Shown: piece by piece, positions 49,252-58,676 of the stretch
Layout: each line of letters starts with the position of its first letter
Numbering within the stretch: the stretch's first letter is position 1
Assembly (NCBI GenBank): GCA_030753015.1
Contig: JASMDC010000021.1
Coordinates: 1-64,000 of the forward strand
DNA: 64,000 nt
Direction of reading: 5' to 3'
Origin: Candidatus Undinarchaeales archaeon
GTDB taxonomy: Archaea; SpSt-1190; JASMDC01
Translations under genes and position numbers: made by a program
Notes under the pieces: generated by a model
Database searches by the model: none
Told to the model about the DNA's origin: nothing
The model's input: the letters and a program-made list of their open reading frames with translations, nothing else

Positions 49252-49332
49252 CTTCTACACACCTTCCCCCACGGGAAAGCTCCCCTGCCTAGAACGCCGT
49301 GAGGGCCGGTGGCAGGCAGCGGGGAAACGTTC

Positions 49333-50633
49333 GTGGACTACCCCTCTACGACTAGAGGAGCTTCCCGATTCGACGCTGTCTCCAGCTCCACGGGCGCATC
49401 GGGTGGTCCCCACCCTGAGCGGTTAAGGATGTTCAAGGCAGCGTTCAGGTCACGGTCAATTGCAAGGCCACAGTTCCAGCAGCTATGTACTCGAACCGAC
49501 AGGTCCTTCTTGACCAGCATACCACACCGGCTGCACATCTGAGAGGTGTTCTTCGGATCAACCAGTACTACCTTCCCACCAGCCTCTTCCGCTTTGTAGG
49601 TGGTGTACTGGATGAGTGTGTTCCAGGAAGCATCAACGATGGACTTTGCGAGATGGTGGTTCTGCACCATGTTGAGGATGTTGAGTTTCTCGAAGGTGAT
49701 AGTGGAGTAATTGTCAGCGAGCTGACGGGAGAGCTTGTGGGCGAAGTCAGTGCGCTGGTTGCGGACCTTGCGGTGCGCCCTGGCAAGCTCCTTCTTTGCC
49801 TTCTTCCTGCGGTTCGAGCCTTTATTCCTCCTTGAGACCCGACGCTGGCGCTTCTTGATCTTCCTCTCCGACTCGCGGAGAAAGCGGGGATTCTCGATGA
49901 CGGTACCGTCGGAGAGGGTAGCGAACTTCTCGAGGCCGACATCAACACCGACAGCGGTCCCGCCATGTGATCTGGCCTCTACCTCTACCTCGCAGGAGAA
50001 CACGACGTACCACTGATCAACATCTCGCTTGATGGTGCACGTCTTGACCCTGCCTTCGAGCGGACGATGGAGCTCGATGCGAATGGAACCGATCTTCGAG
50101 AGCGTGAGGCGCCGTTCATCCGGAGAAAGTGAGAAGCCGCTCTGCGGATAGGTCAATGAGTCGTACCTCCCCTTGCCTTTGAACCGAGGATATCCGGGCG
50201 TTTCACCGTTCCTGACACGGCGGAAGAACGCATCGAACGCCTTCCTCAACCTCCGGAGGACATCCTGAAGTACTTGGGAGTGGACTTGTTGCTGATACTC
50301 GTCCTTGTTTCCCGGAAGGGCGTCCTGCTGCTCTCTGTAGATGACGCATCGTAGCTCGTCTTTCCAGGCATCCCTGCGTTCCACAAGAGCGTTGTTGTAG
50401 AGTCGACGGCAGGTCTCGAGCGTGGAGATCAGAACCGTTTCCTGAGTCCTGTTCGGAAACAGACGATATCTGTAGCTACGCATCGCTCGTTCCCTGTCCC
50501 CCACCATATCTCTTATTGGATGTAATGGTATTGCGATGAATAAATAGAACAGGAGGGTGGCGTGCCGGTACTCGTCCGGATTGTATCTTTCGAATCCGCC
50601 CCTCCCTCGGAAGGGAACTTCCCGCAGAAAACG
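49333..50633 (-). mobile_element. Non-autonomous IS200/IS605-family element (tnpB only)
   Basis: Right-end hairpin GGGAAGCTCCTCTAGTCGTAGAGGGGTAGTCCAC on the minus strand; related left-end hairpin GGGAAGTTCCCTTCCGAGGGAGGGG at ~50599-50624; no tnpA. The left boundary is approximate. Confidence 0.7.
49338..50507 (-). CDS. tnpB: RNA-guided endonuclease TnpB
   Basis: YRYRLFPN, GYPRFK, RuvC D (GVDVG), E (FEKL), Zn finger CSRC/CWNC and DRDLNAALNI. Confidence 0.96.
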   Translation of the reverse strand: MVGDRERAMRSYRYRLFPNRTQETVLISTLETCRRLYNNALVERRDAWKDELRCVIYREQQDALPGNKDEYQQQVHSQVLQDVLRRLRKAFDAFFRRVRNGETPGYPRFKGKGRYDSLTYPQSGFSLSPDERRLTLSKIGSIRIELHRPLEGRVKTCTIKRDVDQWYVVFSCEVEVEARSHGGTAVGVDVGLEKFATLSDGTVIENPRFLRESERKIKKRQRRVSRRNKGSNRRKKAKKELARAHRKVRNQRTDFAHKLSRQLADNYSTITFEKLNILNMVQNHHLAKSIVDASWNTLIQYTTYKAEEAGGKVVLVDPKNTSQMCSRCGMLVKKDLSVRVHSCWNCGLAIDRDLNAALNILNRSGWGPPDAPVELETASNREAPLVVEG

Positions 50634-50677
50634 ATAAAGAATTAAACCTCGTACGGGTGTGTCGCGCTGGGATGCTC

Positions 50678-52351
50678 ATGGACAAGGTCGTCGAATGTGT
50701 ACCGAACTTCAGCGAGGGACGGGACAAGGCCAAAATCAAGCATATCGCCGATGCCATCGCCGCGGTCGAGGGCGCGGTCCTGCTGGACGTTGATCCGGGA
50801 GCGGACACCAACCGCACCGTTATCACGCTCGTCGGATCGCCCGAGGCCGTCGCTGAGGCCGCATTCCAGGGTATCAGGGCTGCTAGCGGGGTCATCGACA
50901 TGGCCCATCACTCGGGAGCTCACCCCCGCATGGGGGCCTGTGACGTGTGCCCGTTCGTCCCCGTCCGGGGCGTCACCATGGAGGAGTGCGCGGCCATCGC
51001 CCGTCGTGTCGGCGAGCGCGTGGGCACGGAGCTGGACATCCCCGTGTACCTCTACGAAGAGGCGGCCGCAAGCCCCCAGCGCAAGAACCTGGCCGACATC
51101 CGCGCTGGCGAGTACGAGGGGCTGGCAGAGAAGCTCAAGGACACGGCGTGGAAGCCTGACTTCGGTCCGGCGACATTCAACGCCAGGAGCGGCGTCACGA
51201 TCATCGGAGCCAGGACCTTCCTTATCGCCTACAACGTAAACCTCAACACCACCAACGCCAAGCTCGCCCGCCGTATCGGGGGCGCCGTCCGCGAGAAAGG
51301 TCTTCCCGAGTACAACGAGTTCCACGAGCCGCAGCGCAACGAGGACGGCAGCTACGTCTGGACCAAGGGCCGGCTGAAGGGCGTGAAGACCATCGGGTGG
51401 TACATCGAGGAGTACGGGTGCGCCCAGGTGTCCATCAACATCACCGATCATCGGGCAACGCTGGTCCACGTTGTGTACGAGGTGTGCAGGGAGGAGGCCG
51501 AGAAGCTCGGCGTCGTGGTCACCGGCTCGGAAGTAGTAGGGCTCGTGCCCGAGGACGCTCTCCTAGCCGCGGGACGGTACTATCTGGAGCGACAGGGCAG
51601 GTCCACGTCGGTTCCCCGGCGCGACCTGGTCTCCACCGCCCGCCAGTCACTGGGGCTCGACTCGGTGGCGCCCTTCGACCCGGACATGAAGGTCGTGGAG
51701 TACCGCCTGCCTCGCAGCTCGCCGCTCATGGACCTGTCGGCCGCCTGCCTCGTGGAGGAGGTCTCGAGGGACACGGTGGCCCCCGGCGGCGGCTCCGTGG
51801 CCGCGCTGGCGGGAGCCCTGGGCGCCGGGCTGGCCTCCATGGTGGACGCCATCACCGCCGGTAAGCCCCGGCTCCGGGACAAGCGCAAGGCCATGCTCGA
51901 GCACGGCGCTGCGGCCCACGCGCTACGAGAGCGGCTCACGGACGCCGTGGACCGGGACACCGAGGCGTTCAACGGTGTCATCACCGCCATGCGGATGCCC
52001 AAGGCAACAGAGGAGGAGCTGACGGTACGCTCACAGGCTATCCAGGACGCCTACAAGGAAGCTGCCAACGTGCCGCTGACGACCCTTCGCGACTGTCGGA
52101 GAGCCTTGGCCGAAGCACGGTTCGCTGCAGAGAAGGGTCACGCTGCATCCATCACCGACGCCGGTGTGGGAGCTCACGCGGCCTTCGCTGGTGTGGAGGG
52201 CGCGGCCATGAACGTTCTCATCAACCTCAAAGACATCACCGACGAGGCCTATGTGAAGGACCTTCGTACCGAGGTGGAGCAGCTGCGTGTCGAGTCTCGC
52301 GAGGACGTGGATGCTGTCACCGATCTAGTGTTCGCAGAGATCGGAGCGTAG
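50678..52351 (+). CDS. ftcD: Bifunctional glutamate formimidoyltransferase / formiminotetrahydrofolate cyclodeaminase
   Basis: ECVPNFSEGR, HPRMGACDVCPF, GARTFLIAYNVNL, GSEVVGLVP; cyclodeaminase APGGGSVAAL. Confidence 0.95.
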   Translation: MDKVVECVPNFSEGRDKAKIKHIADAIAAVEGAVLLDVDPGADTNRTVITLVGSPEAVAEAAFQGIRAASGVIDMAHHSGAHPRMGACDVCPFVPVRGVTMEECAAIARRVGERVGTELDIPVYLYEEAAASPQRKNLADIRAGEYEGLAEKLKDTAWKPDFGPATFNARSGVTIIGARTFLIAYNVNLNTTNAKLARRIGGAVREKGLPEYNEFHEPQRNEDGSYVWTKGRLKGVKTIGWYIEEYGCAQVSINITDHRATLVHVVYEVCREEAEKLGVVVTGSEVVGLVPEDALLAAGRYYLERQGRSTSVPRRDLVSTARQSLGLDSVAPFDPDMKVVEYRLPRSSPLMDLSAACLVEEVSRDTVAPGGGSVAALAGALGAGLASMVDAITAGKPRLRDKRKAMLEHGAAAHALRERLTDAVDRDTEAFNGVITAMRMPKATEEELTVRSQAIQDAYKEAANVPLTTLRDCRRALAEARFAAEKGHAASITDAGVGAHAAFAGVEGAAMNVLINLKDITDEAYVKDLRTEVEQLRVESREDVDAVTDLVFAEIGA

Positions 52352-52354
52352 GCC

Positions 52355-53671
52355 TCAGAACTGTAGCAGGTCGACCTTGTCGTTGATCTTGTTGATGTGG
52401 TCCGACAGTTCCTTGATCATCTCGAGGGTCTTGTCCATCTTGGTCTCGAGCTTCTTGAGGCGTCCGTGGTCACGCTCCTGGCGCTCGGACGTCTGCTTCA
52501 GCTCCTTCGCCTGCCCCTTCTCCATCTTCGACACGGAGGTGTTCAGGGCGCTCACGGTCCCCTTCAGGGTCTCGAACTCGCCCTCCTTCACCACGCCGAG
52601 GCGGGCCAGACCGGAATCAATCTCCTTCTCCTTGGCGGCCATGCGCTTGCTCCACTCCTCGAGGGTGGCGGCTCGGGCCTCCACCTGCTTGGCCTCCTCG
52701 TCGATGCGGGCCGTGAACGTCTTGATACGCTCGTCGACCATACCGCTCAGGTCCTTCTCAAGTGCAGTCAGGCGCTTCTTGGACTCGCGCTCCAGCACAT
52801 CCTTGACCGTCTCCTCCTCGGCCTGTAGGCGTGAGATTATCTGGGTGCTCACGCGCTGGAGGTCCTTGATACGGTCACGGTGCTCTTCCAGCTCGCGCGT
52901 GTTCCGGTTCGCCTCATCCTTGACCAGGAAAGCAGTGGACACGTTCTCCTCCACACCGTCGAGGCGTGACGTCAGCTCCTTCACGTCCCCGGCGAGACCA
53001 TTGCGCTCGGACGAGGCATTGTCCAGCCGGGAGCCCAGCTCCGCGAACTTCCCGTTGAGCCGAGATATGTCATTTGTGAAGCCGGCGAGCGACTGCTTGA
53101 GGATGCCCACTTCTTTGGCCGTCTCCAGGGCGGACGTCGTCGCTTTGACCAGGGCCTCCTGGACCTCGTCCAGCTGTTCATGGGCAAGCTCGATGCGAGT
53201 CTTGTGACCCTCTGAATCGTTCTCGTGATAGTCGAGCACGTTCTCCATGTGCTCGATTGTGAGATGGATCTTTGAAAGCTCGGCGGACACCGCGTCGATA
53301 TGCGCCAGGCGAGATAGGAAGCTCGACTCGGCCTCGTTGAGCCTTGTTTCCATGTCGACTACCTTGCCGATGAGCTCGGATACCTTGGCGCGAATGGTCG
53401 TCTCGTCCTTGAGGGTGGTCTCGATGGTGTCGTCGGACTGGACGAGCTTGGTCTTGAGTTTGCTCAGCTCGGCCTCCATGATCTCGAGCTTGAACTCCAT
53501 GTTCTTGATGTTCTGCTTCTCCTTCGTGAACTGGACGAGCTCGCCTCGCACGTCCTTGAGCTGCCTGGAGATGTCGGAGCTGATGGTGGTGAGCTTGGTG
53601 ACCACGGTATCTTGAGTGGTCTTGAACTGGCTGAGCTTTTCGCTGAGCTGGAAGATATCCTCCGAGGCCAT
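52355..53671 (-). CDS. Long coiled-coil protein with no ATPase head
   Basis: Heptad-rich E/K/L/S composition over ~430 aa. Confidence 0.7.
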   Translation of the reverse strand: MASEDIFQLSEKLSQFKTTQDTVVTKLTTISSDISRQLKDVRGELVQFTKEKQNIKNMEFKLEIMEAELSKLKTKLVQSDDTIETTLKDETTIRAKVSELIGKVVDMETRLNEAESSFLSRLAHIDAVSAELSKIHLTIEHMENVLDYHENDSEGHKTRIELAHEQLDEVQEALVKATTSALETAKEVGILKQSLAGFTNDISRLNGKFAELGSRLDNASSERNGLAGDVKELTSRLDGVEENVSTAFLVKDEANRNTRELEEHRDRIKDLQRVSTQIISRLQAEEETVKDVLERESKKRLTALEKDLSGMVDERIKTFTARIDEEAKQVEARAATLEEWSKRMAAKEKEIDSGLARLGVVKEGEFETLKGTVSALNTSVSKMEKGQAKELKQTSERQERDHGRLKKLETKMDKTLEMIKELSDHINKINDKVDLLQF

Positions 53672-53711
53672 GGGGTGTGCAAAAGGGGCCAAGTAGTTAA
53701 AATCTTCCGTT

Positions 53712-54728
53712 TTAGAGCGACCGAGCCCGGTCGGTGACGTGGACGCAGTCCTCCCATCGGACGCCCCAGTCATCCAGGTAGACGCCCGGCTCGACGGTGA
53801 ACACCATCCCCCGTTCCACGGTGTCCTTCGATTTCGAGCTCACCGTTGGCATTTCATGCACTGCGATGCCCACGCCGTGGCCCAGGCTGTGAGTGAAGCG
53901 TTCGGCGAGCTCGCCCAGAGCCTCGCGGGCCGCCGCGTCGACGTCCACCAGGGGAACCCCTGGCCTGATCGCGCGCAGGGCGGCCTGCTGCGCCTCCTTG
54001 ACGCGGGCAAGCACGACCTCCTGCTCCTCGGTCCGTGGGATGGTACGGGTCATGTCCCCGCAGTAGCCGGCATACCGCGCCCCGCAGTCCACAAGAACGA
54101 TCCCATCGAGAGGGGCCGTGGTCGTGCTGGCGTGGGGAAGTCGGCTGTTGCGTCCCGCGGCCACGATCGACGGGAATGCCACATCGCAGCCCTCGCGGAG
54201 AAATGCGCCCTCCACCTCGGCCCGCAGCTCGCCCTCGGTGGCAGCGTCCCCCAGGCCCTCCTTCATCAGGCGGTCGAGCACTCCCCGGGTCACCTCGCAG
54301 GCGCGGCGGAGGCGGGCCACCTCGTCGTCGGTCTTGCACGAGCGCAGGCCTTCCAGCACGACCGTGGCATCGGTCCAGCGCACTGAGCGCAGGCGGCGGC
54401 GGAGGGTCCGGGCGGTATGATGCGTGGTGAGCTTGTGGGGGAACGCGATCCTCGGATGGGGCTGACCGGGGATAAGTGCCCTTGCGGCCTTGTAGAGCTT
54501 GGTATCGAAGTCCTCGTACCGCAACACCTCAACCCCTTCACGGGCATCCTCCTCGGCACGCGTGCGCTCGAACTCCGGGACCACCACAGCGATTCGCTCG
54601 GGAGTGACCACCGCCAGCGCCGACTCCTGGCGCAGGCAGCCGGTGAGATAGAACACTGTGTCCTGATCGACGGCGAGGAGCGCGTCCAGGTGCTTCTTCT
54701 GGATGGCGTCGGCGAGGCGCGGGTCCAC
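53712..54728 (-). CDS. pepQ: Xaa-Pro peptidase (M24 family)
   Basis: FPSIVA, PHA, VDCGA, GDMTRT, HSLGHGVG..VHE, TVEPGVY and RWED motifs. Confidence 0.92.
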   Translation of the reverse strand: MDPRLADAIQKKHLDALLAVDQDTVFYLTGCLRQESALAVVTPERIAVVVPEFERTRAEEDAREGVEVLRYEDFDTKLYKAARALIPGQPHPRIAFPHKLTTHHTARTLRRRLRSVRWTDATVVLEGLRSCKTDDEVARLRRACEVTRGVLDRLMKEGLGDAATEGELRAEVEGAFLREGCDVAFPSIVAAGRNSRLPHASTTTAPLDGIVLVDCGARYAGYCGDMTRTIPRTEEQEVVLARVKEAQQAALRAIRPGVPLVDVDAAAREALGELAERFTHSLGHGVGIAVHEMPTVSSKSKDTVERGMVFTVEPGVYLDDWGVRWEDCVHVTDRARSL

Positions 54729-54794
54729 GGGGGAGAAAGGGGACGCTCAAGGTTTAAGGGCTTTTACTATGCCCACGGCGCCGGCCCTCGGGCC
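54682..54794. repeat. Direct repeat of the pepQ-start/promoter/exoD-end junction, copy 1
   Basis: The 58-bp core 54718-54775 matches 60733-60790 with one mismatch; diverged homology extends on both sides (offset 6015). Confidence 0.93.
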
Positions 54795-54863
54795 TGCCAC
54801 GTAAACCTTAAATAGCGATAGAAGGGTGCGTGTTCCCACGGAACGGAAGATCCGTGATGGACC

Positions 54864-55598
54864 ATGCCCCTGCTCTACGATCTCGACCAGATGCGCCGGC
54901 ACTATCGCGAGCTGCTCGACCAGAAGCCCGCAGACTACTTCGAGCGCCTCGATCCGTTCCTCCTGGACAAGCGCCCCCTTGTCGTGGATGTCATGGAGAG
55001 GGCTTTCGAGCGGCTCTTCCCCGAGCCGGTCCGCGACCTGCTGGACGTGGGATGCGGGACATGCTTCTACTTCCCGCTGCTCTCGCGCCACGCCGAGCGA
55101 CTCGTGGGCATCGATCCCTGCATCCCGATGCTCGACCTGGCCCGCGAACTGATCGCGGAGAAAGGGCTTTCCAACTGCGATGTGAGGGAGAGCTCCGCTC
55201 TGGATCTACCCTTCGACGACGAGAGCTTTGACATGGTCCACTCCTGGGACTTCCTGCACCACGTGCCGAACCCCCGGCGGGCTGCCTCCGAGATCGCCCG
55301 CGTGCTAAGGCCGGGCGGCCGCTACCTCGCGGTGGAGCCGAACCTCATGAATCCGGCCATGGTGTACTACCACGCGACCCGTCGCTCGGAGTGGGGTCTC
55401 TTCAGCAAGAACCAGTTCTCGAACGTCCGCATCTTCCGGCGGCACTTCGACGTGTCGGTCCACTTCGACAACGCGATCATCAGCCACGTGAACGAGCGCA
55501 CCAAGGGACTGTTGCGCGCCATCGACGCCTTCACGTCGGTATGGCCCACGCGTTATCTCTCCTTCCGCTACGTGATGGAATGCACGAAGAAGGGCTAG
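54864..55598 (+). CDS. Class I SAM-dependent methyltransferase
   Basis: LLDVGCGT, GID, LPFDDESFD, LHHV and VLRPGG motifs. Confidence 0.92.
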   Translation: MPLLYDLDQMRRHYRELLDQKPADYFERLDPFLLDKRPLVVDVMERAFERLFPEPVRDLLDVGCGTCFYFPLLSRHAERLVGIDPCIPMLDLARELIAEKGLSNCDVRESSALDLPFDDESFDMVHSWDFLHHVPNPRRAASEIARVLRPGGRYLAVEPNLMNPAMVYYHATRRSEWGLFSKNQFSNVRIFRRHFDVSVHFDNAIISHVNERTKGLLRAIDAFTSVWPTRYLSFRYVMECTKKG

Positions 55599-55678
55599 GT
55601 GTGGTGAGCTGAGGCAGGCCTGCACCGTCCACTTGGACCCTTGGTTTAAAAGATTGGGCCGATTATAAGAGCGGGAAG

Positions 55679-57133
55679 ATGCGGTTCTTGTTCGTGTTCA
55701 GGAGCGTCGAGTGGATAGGCGTTGAATACATCTCGGCATCATTGAAGAGGGCCGGGCACGAGACGGACATGGCATTCGAGGCGGACCTTGGAGGGACCTT
55801 CTATTTCGGCTCACGGAGCAGGACGCACGGATCCATCATCGAGAAGGTCAGGGAGTTCGGACCGGACATGGTCCTGTTCTCGTCCACCACACAACTCTTC
55901 CCGTGGGTAAAGGAGGTCTCACGGGATATCAAGGAACACTTTGATATCCCCATCCTGGTGGGAGGTATCCATGCCACAATCCAACCAGAGGAGGTCCTCT
56001 CCGACGACCATATCGACATGGTCTGTGTCGGGGAGGGAGAAGAGGCGATCGTGGAGCTCGCCGACAGGATGCAGGAAGAACAGGACTACAGCGATACAAG
56101 GAACATCTGGCTCAAGTCCGAGAACGGATTGATCAAGAACCCGGTACGGCCCCTGATAAGGGACCTCGACGAACTGCCGTTCCCGGACAAGGACCTCTTC
56201 TATAAATACGGTTGCTTCAGGAAGAGGGCCTACGTCATGGCCACCAGGGGGTGCCCCTACAATTGCCCCTATTGCTTCAACCATCAGCTGAAGAGGATCT
56301 ACAAGGACACGCGCTCACTCTACGTCAGGAGGAGGAGCGTGGGCTCCGTCATCGAGGAGCTGAATGGATACCGGAAAAGATATGGGATCAACAGCGTCCA
56401 TTTCTATGACGACACCTTCACGCTCGACGAGGGATGGGTCATGGAGTTCGCCGAAAGGTACGGGAAGGAGATCGGGCTGCCGTTCTATTGCCTCGTCAGG
56501 CCGGACCATGTCAACGAGAGGATGATCGAGGCCCTCAGGAAGGCGGGTTGCGTGAGCATGGGGATGGGTATCGAGAGCGGTAACGACCATGTCAGGAACC
56601 AGGTCCTGAAAAGGAACATGTCGAACGAGCAGATACTCGAGGCTGCGAGGATCATCAAGGCGCAGGGCATCAAGCTCGTAACGTTCAACATGTTCGGGTT
56701 CCCGGGAGAGGACACCGACCAGATGCTCGACACCATGAGGATCAACCTGGACCTGAGGCCCGATTCCCTGTTCACGTTCATCTTCTATCCGTTCCCGGGG
56801 ACCGATGCATTGAGGATGGCGGTGGAACAGGGCTGCATAGACGACAAGAGCATGGAGATGATAATGAACGGGGAAGGCGGTTTCCAACGCGAATCCGTAC
56901 TGGACCATCCATACAAGGGAATCGCGTACAACATGAAGGTCATACTGCCGCTACTGAACAAGATGCCCAGGTCCACTCACGACTACTTCCTCAAGAAGTG
57001 GGTCTTCAGGGAGCACTCGGGTTCCCTGCTATCGATCATCAGTCTGGTCTCTCTACCCTTCTATTCTTCCTGGGAGTCCTGGGAGAGGGCGAGGGAGCAG
57101 ATCTCCATGTTCAAGGTCCGGTTCACTTCGTGA
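55679..57133 (+). CDS. B12-binding-domain radical SAM protein
   Basis: GGIHAT, GEGE, TRGCPYNCPYC, DDTF, GIESG and PFPGT motifs. Confidence 0.92.
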   Translation: MRFLFVFRSVEWIGVEYISASLKRAGHETDMAFEADLGGTFYFGSRSRTHGSIIEKVREFGPDMVLFSSTTQLFPWVKEVSRDIKEHFDIPILVGGIHATIQPEEVLSDDHIDMVCVGEGEEAIVELADRMQEEQDYSDTRNIWLKSENGLIKNPVRPLIRDLDELPFPDKDLFYKYGCFRKRAYVMATRGCPYNCPYCFNHQLKRIYKDTRSLYVRRRSVGSVIEELNGYRKRYGINSVHFYDDTFTLDEGWVMEFAERYGKEIGLPFYCLVRPDHVNERMIEALRKAGCVSMGMGIESGNDHVRNQVLKRNMSNEQILEAARIIKAQGIKLVTFNMFGFPGEDTDQMLDTMRINLDLRPDSLFTFIFYPFPGTDALRMAVEQGCIDDKSMEMIMNGEGGFQRESVLDHPYKGIAYNMKVILPLLNKMPRSTHDYFLKKWVFREHSGSLLSIISLVSLPFYSSWESWERAREQISMFKVRFTS

Positions 57134-57224
57134 AGCGGTCCGTGCGAAACCCCGGAGCACAAGGCCATTACTCTGCGTCGCCCATTCAAAAAGGATATTA
57201 AGCATTGTCTTGATTTCCTGAGGT

Positions 57225-58661
57225 GTGAACCAGTCCGAGGTTCTCATTCTGGGTGCAGGCCCCGCCGGAATGGCCGCCGCGTTCGAACTGTCCAAGGCAC
57301 AAAGGACCAGCACGGTCATCGAAAGGAACGAGTGCGTGGGGGGATTGGCGAGGACCATTCAGCACGGCGATTTCCGGACGGATATCGGACCCCACCGGTT
57401 CATCAGCCAGGACCGGAAGCTGTACGAGCTGATCGAAGGCCTGCTCGGTCGAAGATGGGCGAAGGTCGACCGCATAACGCATTTCATCATCGGGGGAAGG
57501 TTCTTTCGGTATCCCATAGACGTCAGGAACGCCCTCGTCAACGTGGGACCGTTCAAGGCGATCCGGTTCCTCCTTGATTACCTCTACGAGGGGATCAAGC
57601 CATTGTTCGTGGAACGGGAGTGCCGTTCCTTCGAGGACTACGCGGTCTCCAATTTCGGGAGGGGCCTGGCAGAACTGAACATCCTCAACTACACAGAGAA
57701 GACGTGGGGGCTGCCATGTTCCGAGATATCCCCTGACTGGGCAAGACAGCGGATCAAGGGCCTTTCCATACCATCGATAGTGAAGAAAGCGATAATGGGA
57801 TCGGGCAGCGGACCAAAGACCCTGGTAGATCAGTTCCACTATCCCGACACCGGAACGGGAGCGATCTATGAAGCGATGAAGGAACGGGTTCTGGGCGAAG
57901 GGCATTGCGAGATCCTCACAAACGCTCACCCTATCGAGATCTCGTACGACGGCCATGGGCTTGTTGGGATCGCCGTCGATGTCAACGGCACTATCAAGCG
58001 TTTTCGCCCCGACCACGTGATATCCTCGATCCCCCTCCCGGAACTGATAGGGCTGCTCGAACCTGAACCGCCGGCCAATGTCGTGGAGGCCGCCGGGAAA
58101 CTGAGGTTCCGCTCCCATGTATCCCTCTTCATCACGCTGGATAAATCATCCGTGTTCCCGGACCAGTGGATCTACTTCCCCGACAAGAACATCCCCTTCG
58201 GCAGGATCATGGAGCCAAGGAACTTCAGTGGAAAGATGGCCCCGCCGAACAAGACCTCCTTGCTCATCGAGTTCTTCTGTTGGGAGGACGACGAGATCTG
58301 GAACGCAGACAGCGAAAGGCTGTTGGAGCTTAGCGCCAAGTGGCTGGAGGAGCTGACATCCATCCGGATGGACGAGGTCATCGACAGCTTCGTCCACAAG
58401 GAGCGCCATGCCTACCCGGTCTACGACCTGGGGTACAGGAAGCACCTGGATACGGTCAATGAGTATCTCGGGAGGTTCAAGAACCTGCAATCCATCGGCA
58501 GGGGGGGCTGTTTCAGGTACAATAACCAGGACCACGCACTGGCAATGGGAGCTTTGGCTGCGAGGAGCATAATCGAGGGAAGGCGGTTCAATATCGAGGA
58601 CGTCGGAACGGAGGACGAATACCTCGAAGCGGATCCCGTACCCGGCCGTACGGACCCATGA
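57225..58661 (+). CDS. FAD-dependent oxidoreductase (HemY/UDP-galactopyranose-mutase-like; common in glycan loci)
   Basis: ILGAGPAG, GGLART, DIGPHRF, AYPVY and GRGGCFRYNNQDH motifs. Confidence 0.85.
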   Translation: MNQSEVLILGAGPAGMAAAFELSKAQRTSTVIERNECVGGLARTIQHGDFRTDIGPHRFISQDRKLYELIEGLLGRRWAKVDRITHFIIGGRFFRYPIDVRNALVNVGPFKAIRFLLDYLYEGIKPLFVERECRSFEDYAVSNFGRGLAELNILNYTEKTWGLPCSEISPDWARQRIKGLSIPSIVKKAIMGSGSGPKTLVDQFHYPDTGTGAIYEAMKERVLGEGHCEILTNAHPIEISYDGHGLVGIAVDVNGTIKRFRPDHVISSIPLPELIGLLEPEPPANVVEAAGKLRFRSHVSLFITLDKSSVFPDQWIYFPDKNIPFGRIMEPRNFSGKMAPPNKTSLLIEFFCWEDDEIWNADSERLLELSAKWLEELTSIRMDEVIDSFVHKERHAYPVYDLGYRKHLDTVNEYLGRFKNLQSIGRGGCFRYNNQDHALAMGALAARSIIEGRRFNIEDVGTEDEYLEADPVPGRTDP

Positions 58662-58676
58662 ACGGCTCTGTCAGCT

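Noticed and set aside
49200-49300. ZTP (pfl) riboswitch upstream of the folate gene ftcD
   Set aside because: Only GCGACTGG resembles the consensus; the P2 stem and 3' CGCCTGGGC pseudoknot element are not evident.
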